From: Thermoplasmatota archaeon
Lineage (GTDB): Archaea > Thermoplasmatota > E2 > JACPAO01 > JAHFTW01
Length of the DNA stretch: 64,000 nt
Assembly (NCBI GenBank): GCA_041601615.1
Contig: JBFIHX010000001.1
Coordinates: forward strand, 352,001-416,000
Reading direction: 5' to 3'
Part shown: positions 63,934 through 64,000 of the stretch, piece by piece
Numbering within the stretch: the first letter of the stretch is position 1
Layout: each line of letters begins with the position of its first letter
Notes under the pieces: generated by a model
Database searches by the model: none
The model's input: the letters and a program-made list of their open reading frames with translations, nothing else
What the model was told of the DNA's origin: nothing
Program-made: the position numbers and the translations under genes

Positions 63934-64000
63934 TCGAGGCTCAACTCGAAGGCAACGGTGGCGGCTCCGAGGCCGAATTTGATGATGGTGTCCGGGTGCA
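63930..64000 (-). CDS. pheT: 3' end of an upstream gene, probably archaeal-type phenylalanyl-tRNA synthetase beta subunit
   Basis: ...HPDTIIKFGLGAATVAFELSLE* resembles the archaeal PheT C-terminus (HPxVLxxFxLxxPxxAFEL). Only 22 codons are visible. Confidence 0.5.
   Translation of the reverse strand, partial: HPDTIIKFGLGAATVAFELSLE

Overview
GC-rich archaeal chromosome segment, most likely an uncultured Thermoplasmatota. The evidence is a membrane-anchored LonB, archaeal Elp3, archaeal-type ProRS and NMN adenylyltransferase, a CoaD-YjjX fusion, a split methylmalonyl-CoA mutase, a geranylgeranyl-reductase-family gene, tRNA genes without encoded CCA, and TATA-like boxes about 25-30 nt before start codons. 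The main result is at the left end: a multimodular nonribosomal peptide synthetase gene that the ORF track missed (minus strand, 11219 to <1, >3700 aa, C-A-T-C-A-T-C-A-T-E-C...). Its predicted product is X(Gly-like)-Gly-D-Phe-..., and it is flanked by an ABC exporter, an Sfp-type PPTase and a type II thioesterase, so it looks like an NRPS cluster embedded in an archaeal genome. The window also holds three tandem paralogous secreted Cys-rich miniproteins and an accessory island at about 33.6-45.5 kb. The island contains AbrB-like regulators, a ~1.7 kb non-coding array of palindromic motifs and an EcoEI-like type I R-M operon with an inserted HEPN-like gene. Elsewhere there are a VapBC pair, unusual fusion proteins, two tRNA-Thr genes and housekeeping genes. 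No CRISPR array, rRNA, integrase or transposase was seen. All calls come from reading motifs by eye; no database searches were run.
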